A stretch of DNA of 62,930 nucleotides from positions 1-62,930 of IMG/VR virus record IMGVR_UViG_3300009164_000073, one strand, 5' to 3'. The notes beneath the pieces were generated by a model. That model had not been told where the DNA came from and made no database searches. It was given only the letters and a program-made list of their open reading frames with translations. The translations under genes and the position numbers were made by a program. This DNA is from a virus (lineage: Duplodnaviria; Caudoviricetes). Within the stretch, counting starts at the first letter, position 1. The number at the start of each line of letters is the position of its first letter. Below are positions 1 to 6,422 of the stretch, piece by piece.

Positions 1-2
1 CC

Positions 3-97
3 ATATAAAAACATACTGGATCTTCTAGTAGGTAAGAAGCTGATAAAAGAAATTGGCGAACGTGGTGTTCGAATCCCACTCTAGTGTGTTTCTATAT
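3..97 (+). ncRNA. tRNA-like element with extended (~18 bp) acceptor-like stem (element E1)
   Basis: ATATAAAAACATACTGGA (3-20) pairs with TCTAGTGTGTTTCTATAT (80-97). Inside are a D-like arm CTTC/GAAG, an arm CTGAT-AAAAGAA-ATTGG and a bulged T-arm GTGGTG-TTCGAAT-CCCAC. No CCA. Preceded by CCA (1-3) and abuts the next tRNA. Confidence 0.6.
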
Positions 98-173
98 GGT
101 AATATAGCATAGTGGCTAATGCAGTTGCTTCATACGCAGCCTATCGTTGGTTCGAGTCCAACTATTACCACCA
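98..173 (+). tRNA. tRNA-Met/Ile2 (CAT)
   Basis: Acceptor GGTAATA/TATTACC, anticodon loop TT-CAT-AC, T-loop TTCGAGT, encoded CCA. Met versus lysidine-Ile cannot be resolved by eye. Confidence 0.9.
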
Positions 174-174
174 A

Positions 175-370
175 GACGTTCCGAGTGTCGTCGGATACTG
201 TGACCCGCAGGATGAGAAGTAGTTTGACAACTACGGGTGGTTCTAGTCAAACCGAACTAGCGTTAGCGACACGAGAGTCTTCCCTGGTCGGGGAGCGGGT
301 GGAAGGTGAGGTCAGACTGGGGCAACCCGGGAAAGGATGCACTAAATTACCGCCGCAGGGAAGAAGCACC
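175..370 (+). ncRNA. GC-rich multi-pseudoknot structured RNA, unknown family
   Basis: Lies between two tRNAs. Hairpins TCCGA/TCGGA, GTAGTT/AACTAC and CTGGG-GCAA-CCCGG; long-range stem TCTTCCCTG(278-286)/CAGGGAAGA(356-364); several loop-complementary segments. Confidence 0.65.
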
Positions 371-377
371 TAATTCA

Positions 378-455
378 GGTCCCATAGTTCAGCCTGGCCT
401 AGAATAACTGCCTGTCACGCAGTAGACACGGGTTCGAATCCCGTTGGGACCGCCA
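378..455 (+). tRNA. tRNA-Asp (GTC)
   Basis: Cloverleaf GGTCCCA/TGGGACC, loop CT-GTC-AC, G discriminator, CCA. Confidence 0.95.
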
Positions 456-478
456 GACATTTTTATAAGTAATACACT

Positions 479-561
479 GCCCCGATGGTGGAATTGGTAG
501 ACACGGTGGTCTTAGAAGCCACTGCTTCGGCATCCGAGTTCGAGTCTCGGTTGGGGCACCA
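479..561 (+). tRNA. tRNA-Leu (TAG)
   Basis: GCCCCGA/TTGGGGC acceptor, loop CT-TAG-AA, variable arm, CCA. Confidence 0.95.
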
Positions 562-662
562 TATATAAATGTACTTAAATCCGTTAAAAGATCAGGTTTG
601 GTATCCCAGTCTCTGCGTTGGCATAGCCCGCATACTTAATACACCTTAGTATGTTTATATAT
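561..662 (+). ncRNA. Long-stem-closed structured element (E2), closing stem related to E1/E3
   Basis: ATATATAAATGTACT (561-575) pairs with AGTATGTTTATATAT (648-662) with 2 G-U pairs. Starts at the CCA of tRNA-Leu and ends 7 nt before tRNA-Val. Confidence 0.5.
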
Positions 663-669
663 GATTTAT

Positions 670-745
670 GGGTCGTTAGCTCAGTTGGTAGAGCGTCTGC
701 CTTACACGCAGAATGTCGGCAGTTCGAGACTGTCACGACCCACCA
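670..745 (+). tRNA. tRNA-Val (TAC)
   Basis: GGGTCGT/ACGACCC, loop CT-TAC-AC, CCA. Confidence 0.95.
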
Positions 746-761
746 TCCGAGGAGAAACTGT

Positions 762-902
762 ATGTCGAGTAAAGAAACGTTAGACAAGGCATACGGTAAT
801 ATGCCTAAAGAAGTAGGCTTCAATGTTGACTGGGGATTCATTCCAAGTTGGCGAGGTGTAAAGTACTATTGGTATACATTAGTACGCAAGGTTACAAGAT
901 AA
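762..902 (+). CDS. small hypothetical protein (46 aa)
   Basis: GAGGAG RBS then ATG at 762 (MSSKETLDK...). The track's upstream extension overlaps tRNA-Val. Confidence 0.6.
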   Translation: MSSKETLDKAYGNMPKEVGFNVDWGFIPSWRGVKYYWYTLVRKVTR

Positions 903-904
903 AT

Positions 905-994
905 GGAATGGTCCCATAATGGTATTGGAGCGGATTGCTAATCCGTCGATCGGCGAAAGTCGGTTTCTGGGTTCAAGTCCCAGTCATTCCGCCA
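905..994 (+). tRNA. tRNA-Ser (GCT)
   Basis: GGAATGG/TCATTCC, loop TT-GCT-AA, long variable arm, G discriminator, CCA. Confidence 0.95.
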
Positions 995-1006
995 GTTTTA
1001 GTTTTT

Positions 1007-1082
1007 GGGGGTTTAGCTCATCTGGGAGAGCGGCAGCTTTGCAAGCTGTAGGTGATCGGTTCGAGTCCGATAACCTCCACCA
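1007..1082 (+). tRNA. tRNA-Ala (TGC)
   Basis: G3:U70 pair, loop TT-TGC-AA, CCA. Confidence 0.95.
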
Positions 1083-1088
1083 AAATAT

Positions 1089-1164
1089 TCCCTAGTAGCT
1101 CAGAGGTAGAAGCACCTGACTGTTAATCAGGGTGTCGGTGGTTCGATCCCACCCTGGGGAGCCA
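1089..1164 (+). tRNA. tRNA-Asn (GTT)
   Basis: TCCCTAG/CTGGGGA, loop CT-GTT-AA, CCA. Confidence 0.95.
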
Positions 1165-1206
1165 GTTTTTTAAATTCTAGCCTATGCTAGACATATATAC
1201 TTTTAC

Positions 1207-1280
1207 GCCCTGCTAGTTAAATGGTATAACTCCTGTTTTGTAATCAGGCGTCGGCAGTTCGATTCTGTCGCGGGGCACCA
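1207..1280 (+). tRNA. tRNA-Thr (TGT)
   Basis: GCCCTGC/GCGGGGC, loop TT-TGT-AA, CCA; U-U mismatch at the base of the anticodon stem. Confidence 0.9.
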
Positions 1281-1295
1281 TTAATTAGGAGACAT

Positions 1296-1919
1296 ATGAA
1301 ATTTGCATTTTTAAATCCAACTGTAATAGCATTAGATGATGTTCCACAGGATGTATTCGATAAACTGTATGATATGGTGCACCTAGCACACACGCATTCA
1401 GATCACGATGATTCAGGGAACCCACAGCTAAGTGTTAGAGGCGGACAGCAAATTCAATTAGTCCCTAACGAGTTTGGTCTAGATACTGATGTACTAAAAG
1501 ACTATATTGAAAAAATAGCACAAGAGTACTTAGATTCCATTCAACAACAAAATCCGTTGGTTAATCTTGCGTCAGTGAAACCTTTGTTGATCTCTGCTTG
1601 GACTATTAAACAAGGTCCAGGGGATTATCAAGCACTTCACAGTCACGAGTCGAACCTAAGCGGAAATATCTATATCGATGTACCAGTGTTGGAAAACGCT
1701 AAACCATCAGATAGTCAAATTGAATTCAAGTTACCAATGACCAAAGACATCGCTCATTTTATCTTTTCAGATAGTTGGAGATTCCACCCAGAGAAAGGCA
1801 AGATGATCGTGTTTCCAGGTCACATACCACACACCGTCTATCCGTGGAACGGACAAGGGCATAGAATTGTTTTAGCCTGGGATGTCCAATTAGTGGATAG
1901 AGCGGTTGACATTAAGTAA
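1296..1919 (+). CDS. putative 2OG-Fe(II) oxygenase (TIGR02466-like)
   Basis: HSH...LSGNIY...FPGHIPHTV...R pattern; GGAG RBS. Confidence 0.75.
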   Translation: MKFAFLNPTVIALDDVPQDVFDKLYDMVHLAHTHSDHDDSGNPQLSVRGGQQIQLVPNEFGLDTDVLKDYIEKIAQEYLDSIQQQNPLVNLASVKPLLISAWTIKQGPGDYQALHSHESNLSGNIYIDVPVLENAKPSDSQIEFKLPMTKDIAHFIFSDSWRFHPEKGKMIVFPGHIPHTVYPWNGQGHRIVLAWDVQLVDRAVDIK

Positions 1920-1934
1920 GAAATAACGTATAAT
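1906..1934 (+). promoter_or_regulatory. consensus sigma70 promoter
   Basis: TTGACA-17 nt-TATAAT, perfect consensus. Confidence 0.9.
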
Positions 1935-1940
1935 AAGTTT

Positions 1941-2200
1941 TGTTGTGTAGCAATACACAACCGGTGAAGCGAAAGGTAGAAGAGGATAGACACATAGGAA
2001 TGAGCTTCACGCTTACTCCGAAACTTACAATCCAACTTGAAACTGGATCGTGTTTATGTGTTCCGATCCCTAATAAACTGTCATTTGTTAATCGGAAATA
2101 TATGGACCTCTGTGTATTGTATTTTGCACGTTGTCAACGAAGATTATAACCCTTCATTGTATATTGTCCGGTCTATTACTTGACCTTTCGTAGATCCGTC
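1941..2200 (+). ncRNA. large pseudoknotted RNA at the 5' end of the rpoZ/DIP1984-like transcript
   Basis: Begins at the predicted TSS with GTTGTGTA-GCAA-TACACAAC. Long-range pairs GTGAAGC/GCTTCAC, CGAAAGGT/ACCTTTCG, AGAGG/CCTCT, ATAGAC/GTCTAT, ACACATAG/TTATGTGT, TTCCGAT/ATCGGAA. Confidence 0.65.
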
Positions 2201-2222
2201 ATTTTTAACACAAAGGAGCCCT

Positions 2223-2447
2223 ATGGCTAGGTATTGTTCGGACGAAGCAGCGAAAATGGTTGGCGGAAGATTTAACTTAGTCTTGGTGGCATCACAGAGA
2301 TCAAGAGAACTTAAAAATGGTTCAATGCAGAGAGTAGAAGGCAAAGATGCCACTACCAATGTAACCGCCTTGAGAGAAATCGAAGAAGGCAAATATACAT
2401 TTCAAGAATATTTAGACAAATTGCACAAGAAGGAAAGACAACTATGA
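2223..2447 (+). CDS. rpoZ: RNA polymerase omega subunit homolog
   Basis: MAR N-terminus, GRFNLVLVASQRSREL and TALREIEEGK match omega motifs; AAGGAG RBS. Confidence 0.85.
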   Translation: MARYCSDEAAKMVGGRFNLVLVASQRSRELKNGSMQRVEGKDATTNVTALREIEEGKYTFQEYLDKLHKKERQL

Positions 2448-3019
2448 ACATCTCTTTAAGAAAAGCCAGTGCGTTACAGAACGCAATCAATGATGCTATC
2501 AAAGGCATCAAGTTCAATCTGTCTGTTGAACTCAATGAGTTCCAGGACGTGGCAGAAGAACTAAAGAAAGCCAATGACGAGCTAATGACAAACGACACAC
2601 GTCGTCAGAAACTGCTGTTGGCATTGTACAACATCCGTGGATTGGTCGGCGCTGCTAATGCCAGCGCAGGTATCGATCTCAAGTTGGCAACTGCCGCATT
2701 CGTTGACAAACGTATTGCACAGTTGGAAACTATCGCTCAAGCAGAGCCACATACCGATCTTAAAGTGATCGCTGGCAAGTTGGACAAGATCCGAAATGAC
2801 AAGAGCGACACTGCTCGTAGCCGTATCTACGGTTACAGCGATACAGTATCAACCACTGTGGTTAGCAAAGAGCAGATCAGTGAAGCTAAGGCTGAGATTC
2901 AAAATCTCAAGAAGCAGAAGCAGAAGCTCAATGACGAAGTTCTTGAGTTAAACATCAAGACAGAAGTTCCTCTGACTGACGATGTGGTGGCAACACTACA
3001 AGCAGAAGGACTACTGTAA
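2444..3019 (+). CDS. coiled-coil protein, DIP1984/DUF6847-like
   Basis: All-helical pattern; motifs IR..V..AN and C-terminal KQKLNDEVLELNIKTEV resemble the DIP1984 family as recalled (not searched). Confidence 0.55.
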   Translation: MNISLRKASALQNAINDAIKGIKFNLSVELNEFQDVAEELKKANDELMTNDTRRQKLLLALYNIRGLVGAANASAGIDLKLATAAFVDKRIAQLETIAQAEPHTDLKVIAGKLDKIRNDKSDTARSRIYGYSDTVSTTVVSKEQISEAKAEIQNLKKQKQKLNDEVLELNIKTEVPLTDDVVATLQAEGLL

Positions 3020-3021
3020 TA

Positions 3022-3227
3022 GACCCCGGTTTACTCTTTTACGTTATAATAAGAGCGTCCCTGAAACGATAGAACAGGGGGTACACTAGGACCTGACCTC
3101 ACAGTCCCTCTTTAAGGGATACTGGAAACTGCCTAGGGTTAGGTTTAACACCTTCTCCAGAAGAACAAATGTTATGGACAGAGTAACCGCTCAGTCTAGG
3201 GCCTATGTGGTGTAGGTAGCTAGACAC
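3022..3227 (+). ncRNA. multi-hairpin/pseudoknot structured RNA, unknown family
   Basis: No ORF. Hairpins CTCTT/AAGAG, CCTG/CAGG, CAGT.CCCT/AGGG.ACTG, TAACA/TGTTA, GTCTAG..CCTATG/TGTAGG..CTAGAC, with complementary loops. Confidence 0.6.
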
Positions 3228-3362
3228 TTTATAAAAGCTCTTTGAAGTTTAACTACACTGGAAAAAGCGAGTAACTGCTAAGTCGACTACACAGTGAAAG
3301 TCTCCAGGAAGATACGGAGTTAGACAGTTTGGTTCGATTCCAACAGAGAGCCTCTATAAAGT
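3226..3362 (+). ncRNA. tRNA-like element with long closing stem and bulged T-arm (E3)
   Basis: ACTTTATAAAAGCTCTTT pairs with AGAGAGCCTCTATAAAGT; T-arm GTTTGG-TTCGATT-CCAAC lies immediately 5' of the closing strand; ends 3 nt before a tRNA. Confidence 0.6.
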
Positions 3363-3365
3363 TAT

Positions 3366-3440
3366 AGCGGGTTGGAGAAGAGGAATCTCGGGAGTCTCAT
3401 AAGCTCCAGATCGGCGGTTCGAATCCGTCACCCGCAACCA
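3366..3440 (+). tRNA. tRNA-Met (CAT), initiator-like
   Basis: 1:72 mismatch (A/A), purine11:pyrimidine24, loop CT-CAT-AA, CCA. Confidence 0.9.
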
Positions 3441-3443
3441 TTT

Positions 3444-3520
3444 CGGAGTGTAGCGCAGCCTGGTAGCGCACCTGGTTTGGGACCAGGGGGTCCAAGGTTC
3501 GAATCCTTGTACTCCGACCA
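3444..3520 (+). tRNA. tRNA-Pro (TGG)
   Basis: CGGAGTG/TACTCCG, loop TT-TGG-GA, CCA. Confidence 0.95.
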
Positions 3521-3538
3521 ATTACTAAAAGGACATAA

Positions 3539-3724
3539 ATGATCAACGAAGAAGATACAAGCAGTGAAGATGCACTAGCAGAGTTCTTAGCTAAGGGTGG
3601 TGTAATACAACAGTTAAAACCAAACCAAAGTGGCAGAGTCGATGGTGCAAGCTATTCTTCTTGGTCAAAGAAAAAACCTTCTGTAAGTCCTTTAGCCAGT
3701 CCTCCAGAGGATCAAGACAGTTAA
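3539..3724 (+). CDS. small hypothetical protein
   Basis: AAGGA RBS; AEFLAKGGVIQ motif typical of a small phage/bacterial protein family. Confidence 0.65.
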   Translation: MINEEDTSSEDALAEFLAKGGVIQQLKPNQSGRVDGASYSSWSKKKPSVSPLASPPEDQDS

Positions 3725-3744
3725 TTATTAAATAGAAGCACGAT

Positions 3745-3820
3745 GCGGGAATAGCTCAGCTGGTAGAGCGATACCTTGCCAAGGTATAGGTCGGGAGTTC
3801 GAACCTCCTTTCCCGCTCCA
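3745..3820 (+). tRNA. tRNA-Gly (GCC)
   Basis: GCGGGAA/TTCCCGC, loop TT-GCC-AA, U discriminator, CCA. Confidence 0.95.
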
Positions 3821-3829
3821 AAGGATAAT

Positions 3830-4396
3830 ATGAAAGTAATAGATCAAAATGATGTGTTTCGCAAATATGATTTTAGCTCAGTGATAACTGAAGCTGACAA
3901 TCAACAGGCAATGGACATTGTTCGAGATATCATAGGCAATGGCAATTACTTTCACAACAGTCCAAAATATCAAACTAAAGAAAACATATTCGCTAGACCA
4001 GAACCCGTTTGGTTAAAGTATAGAATGAGCTTTTTAATGAGTGTGTTTATGTATCTAGGCCGTGAAGTTAAAGTACACGATATGATGGCTTGGTCGTTTA
4101 TGACTAACCTAGCCACAGCAGAAGATCGTGATAAACTTTGGCATCACCATCACAAAAACGGAACCCATATGTTAAGTGGAGTCTTTTATCTACACATTCC
4201 ACCAGACGTAAAAGATCGTGACTATGCTGGAACAGAGATGGCTCCATTCGGTCCTACTCACGAAGAAAAGTTTTTTGTTCGTCCTACCGACAATGCTTGG
4301 TTGATATATCCTTCAAAGGAATGGCATCGTCCAGGCATTGTGCAAAGTGATCAATATCGCTTTATTCTTGCCGCTGACATTGTGATCGAACTATGA
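3830..4396 (+). CDS. putative 2OG-Fe(II) oxygenase
   Basis: WHHH...LSGVFY...YPSKEWHRP...R; start reassigned to the ATG after tRNA-Gly (AAGGA RBS). Confidence 0.75.
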   Translation: MKVIDQNDVFRKYDFSSVITEADNQQAMDIVRDIIGNGNYFHNSPKYQTKENIFARPEPVWLKYRMSFLMSVFMYLGREVKVHDMMAWSFMTNLATAEDRDKLWHHHHKNGTHMLSGVFYLHIPPDVKDRDYAGTEMAPFGPTHEEKFFVRPTDNAWLIYPSKEWHRPGIVQSDQYRFILAADIVIEL

Positions 4397-5100
4397 ACAT
4401 AGCGTGGACACTATATACAGACCCTAAGTATGCTGATGTCAGTCAGTGGAAAGACCTTGTCTACTTTGAACCAGAAGCTCTTTGGCCCTTGGTCATTGAA
4501 GAACGTGGGAGTGCCGATTATACAAAATGTCCGGCTGTTTCGGACTTCTTTGACAATGTATTTGTTATACGTTGCCCTTATGATGTTATAATAAGTTATC
4601 AGCAAGAAGGAGATATGTTTACTACAGATCGACTAGGACAGGATTGGTACAATCAAACGTTCTATCCAAGATTTCCAGTTGTTGATAAAAATGGTAATCT
4701 AGTCAGTTCTTGCATAACACTTCGCATCAATTATCTATTTGTTGCGGATGAGGACGTTGAAATTGAAACCTTCGATGTGCCTTTGCTCTCTAACAATTTA
4801 ACTAGAAACATAAAGATGATTCCGGGCAAGATGAATATACATCGCTGGGTACGGCCTGTGGACTTTACATTCGAAGTAGTAGACTTGACTAAGCCTATCG
4901 AACTAAAGCGTGGTGATCCAATGTTTGCTATCCGCTTTAAAACCGACAGTAAAGTCAAGTTGACTCACATAGACTACAGCGAAGATTTAAAACACGCTGC
5001 TGAAGCTTGTCTAGCTTCTAAGACCTATGTTCCACGCAAAAGCCTCAAGTACAGATACGAGATGGCCAAACGTTTTTTGAAAAATAAAAAATGGTTATGA
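4393..5100 (+). CDS. conserved phage protein (DUF6065-like beta-fold)
   Basis: CPAV...IPG...W.RP...KRGDPM pattern; ATGA overlap with the upstream gene. Confidence 0.6.
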   Translation: MNIAWTLYTDPKYADVSQWKDLVYFEPEALWPLVIEERGSADYTKCPAVSDFFDNVFVIRCPYDVIISYQQEGDMFTTDRLGQDWYNQTFYPRFPVVDKNGNLVSSCITLRINYLFVADEDVEIETFDVPLLSNNLTRNIKMIPGKMNIHRWVRPVDFTFEVVDLTKPIELKRGDPMFAIRFKTDSKVKLTHIDYSEDLKHAAEACLASKTYVPRKSLKYRYEMAKRFLKNKKWL

Positions 5101-5651
5101 AATATCGTATGGATTGTCCGTTTGTAATTGGACAGTTTGAAAAACACAGCGACTTAAAAGAACAGGTACTTTCTGCTATCAATAAAGCGGAAGCTGATCA
5201 TTTAGTTGAGCCAGAAGATAATATGGACATATCTAGGTGTGACTGGAGATTAGGTCGTTGGGATCACACTAGACCGTGGTTTCAATCACTGCAACCTCAT
5301 TGGCACGATCATATGACTGCTGTTAGCAAAGAACTCGGCTACGAGTTTTTTAGACTTAAAGAAATTTGGTTTCAACAGTATAATACAAATGCGCATCACG
5401 GGTGGCACGTACACGGTAGTAATTGGACCAATGTTTATTTTTTAGAAATGCCCGAAGACAGTCCTAAAACTCAATTTATCAATCCATTTAATCAAACAGA
5501 GATAGGAACATTTGAAATCAAAGAAGGTGACATATTAACCTTTCCTAGTTTTGTAGTTCATAGAGCACCGATCAATTTAAGCAATAATAGAAAGACTATT
5601 ATTTCTTGGAATATGGATACTGAAATTGCTCCAGGACTATATCAAGAATAA
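5091..5651 (+). CDS. putative 2OG-Fe(II) oxygenase
   Basis: WFQQY...HGWHVH...FPSFVVHRA...RKTIISWN. Confidence 0.8.
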   Translation: MVMKYRMDCPFVIGQFEKHSDLKEQVLSAINKAEADHLVEPEDNMDISRCDWRLGRWDHTRPWFQSLQPHWHDHMTAVSKELGYEFFRLKEIWFQQYNTNAHHGWHVHGSNWTNVYFLEMPEDSPKTQFINPFNQTEIGTFEIKEGDILTFPSFVVHRAPINLSNNRKTIISWNMDTEIAPGLYQE

Positions 5652-5652
5652 C

Positions 5653-5726
5653 GCGGGGTTGGCATATTGGTTGTGTCCCAGCCTTCCAAGCTGGTTAAAC
5701 GAGTTCGATTCTCGTACCCCGCTCCA
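5653..5726 (+). tRNA. tRNA-Gly (TCC)
   Basis: GCGGGGT/ACCCCGC, loop CT-TCC-AA, CCA. Confidence 0.95.
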
Positions 5727-5732
5727 AATAAT

Positions 5733-5807
5733 CTGGCGTTCGTTCAACGGATAGGACACGATTCTTCTAAAGTCGTTATAGGGGTTCGATTCCCTTACGC
5801 CGGACCA
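5733..5807 (+). tRNA. tRNA-Arg (TCT)
   Basis: CTGGCGT/ACGCCGG, loop CT-TCT-AA, CCA. Confidence 0.95.
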
Positions 5808-5818
5808 GTGTTAAAAAT

Positions 5819-5903
5819 GCGACTGTGGTGAAATAGGTAGACACAAGAGACTTAAAATCTCTCGCTTTCGGGCGTGCCGGTTCGATTCCGGCCAGTCGCA
5901 CCA
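5819..5903 (+). tRNA. tRNA-Leu (TAA)
   Basis: GCGACTG/CAGTCGC, loop CT-TAA-AA, variable arm, CCA. Confidence 0.95.
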
Positions 5904-5907
5904 TTTT

Positions 5908-5940
5908 GAAAGCCCTGCTGGTTGACAGGGCTTTCGTTTG
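5908..5940 (+). terminator. intrinsic terminator ending the tRNA cluster
   Basis: GAAAGCCCTG-loop-CAGGGCTTTC followed by GTTT. Confidence 0.7.
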
Positions 5941-5950
5941 ATTGTATAAT
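5922..5950 (+). promoter_or_regulatory. sigma70 promoter overlapping the terminator
   Basis: TTGACA-17-TATAAT. Confidence 0.85.
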
Positions 5951-5982
5951 ATATGTTAAATAAATGTTCTTAAGGAGTTGGT

Positions 5983-6234
5983 ATGATTAAAGAGTACGAA
6001 AGCATTCAAGGTGATAATTTAGAAGAAGCTGATATGGCTCAACTGCTATCAGTGACTGCTAATGCAGATGCTGTAGCACGAGTTCGAGCTGCCATTCCAA
6101 CAGGACCTAGCCAAAGCCATTGTGACGAATGCGGAGAAGAAATCCCAATGGCACGTCAAAAAGCAGTGCGTGGCTGTAAGACCTGCATTGACTGCCAAAA
6201 TCTACTAGATAGGATTAAGAAAAATTATGGTTGA
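5983..6234 (+). CDS. TraR/DksA C4 zinc-finger protein
   Basis: CDECGEEIP..RQ.AV.GC.TCIDCQ; N-terminal EEADMA acidic tip; AAGGAG RBS. Confidence 0.85.
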   Translation: MIKEYESIQGDNLEEADMAQLLSVTANADAVARVRAAIPTGPSQSHCDECGEEIPMARQKAVRGCKTCIDCQNLLDRIKKNYG

Positions 6235-6403
6235 TACTTTTTTAGCATTATGGTTAATGGCATTTGCTAATAATTCCTATAATGAAATGACAGCACTGCC
6301 TCCGGTGGTTAAAGTAGAGAAATTAACAGTACCAGCAGAATTGTATTATCCAGAGTTAACGGACAATATGTGGGATCCAAATTGGATTAACAAGAAAAGT
6401 TAA
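6227..6403 (+). CDS. small hypothetical protein (58 aa)
   Basis: ORF MVDTFLALWLMAF... overlapping the upstream stop; below the track's length cutoff. Confidence 0.5.
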   Translation: MVDTFLALWLMAFANNSYNEMTALPPVVKVEKLTVPAELYYPELTDNMWDPNWINKKS

Positions 6404-6422
6404 TCTGTGGCATCTTTACAAC

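Noticed and set aside
119-373. 84-aa ORF in the track
   Set aside because: Overlaps tRNA-Met and the structured RNA; no RBS
584-841. Minus-strand ORF and the 5' extension of 651..902
   Set aside because: Antisense to or overlapping tRNA-Val; the real start is at 762
1838-2149. ORFs 1838..2035(-) and 1940..2149(+)
   Set aside because: No RBS, non-ATG start for the plus ORF; region better explained by RNA pairings
175-3227. Naming the ornate RNAs as tmRNA, RNase P RNA, group I intron, GOLLD or theta ribozyme
   Set aside because: I could not match the diagnostic cores by eye (no Ala-type tmRNA ends, no RNase P P4 consensus, too short for full GOLLD); needs a covariance-model search
3776-3829. 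N-terminal extension of the oxygenase ORF
   Set aside because: Lies inside tRNA-Gly; RBS supports ATG at 3830
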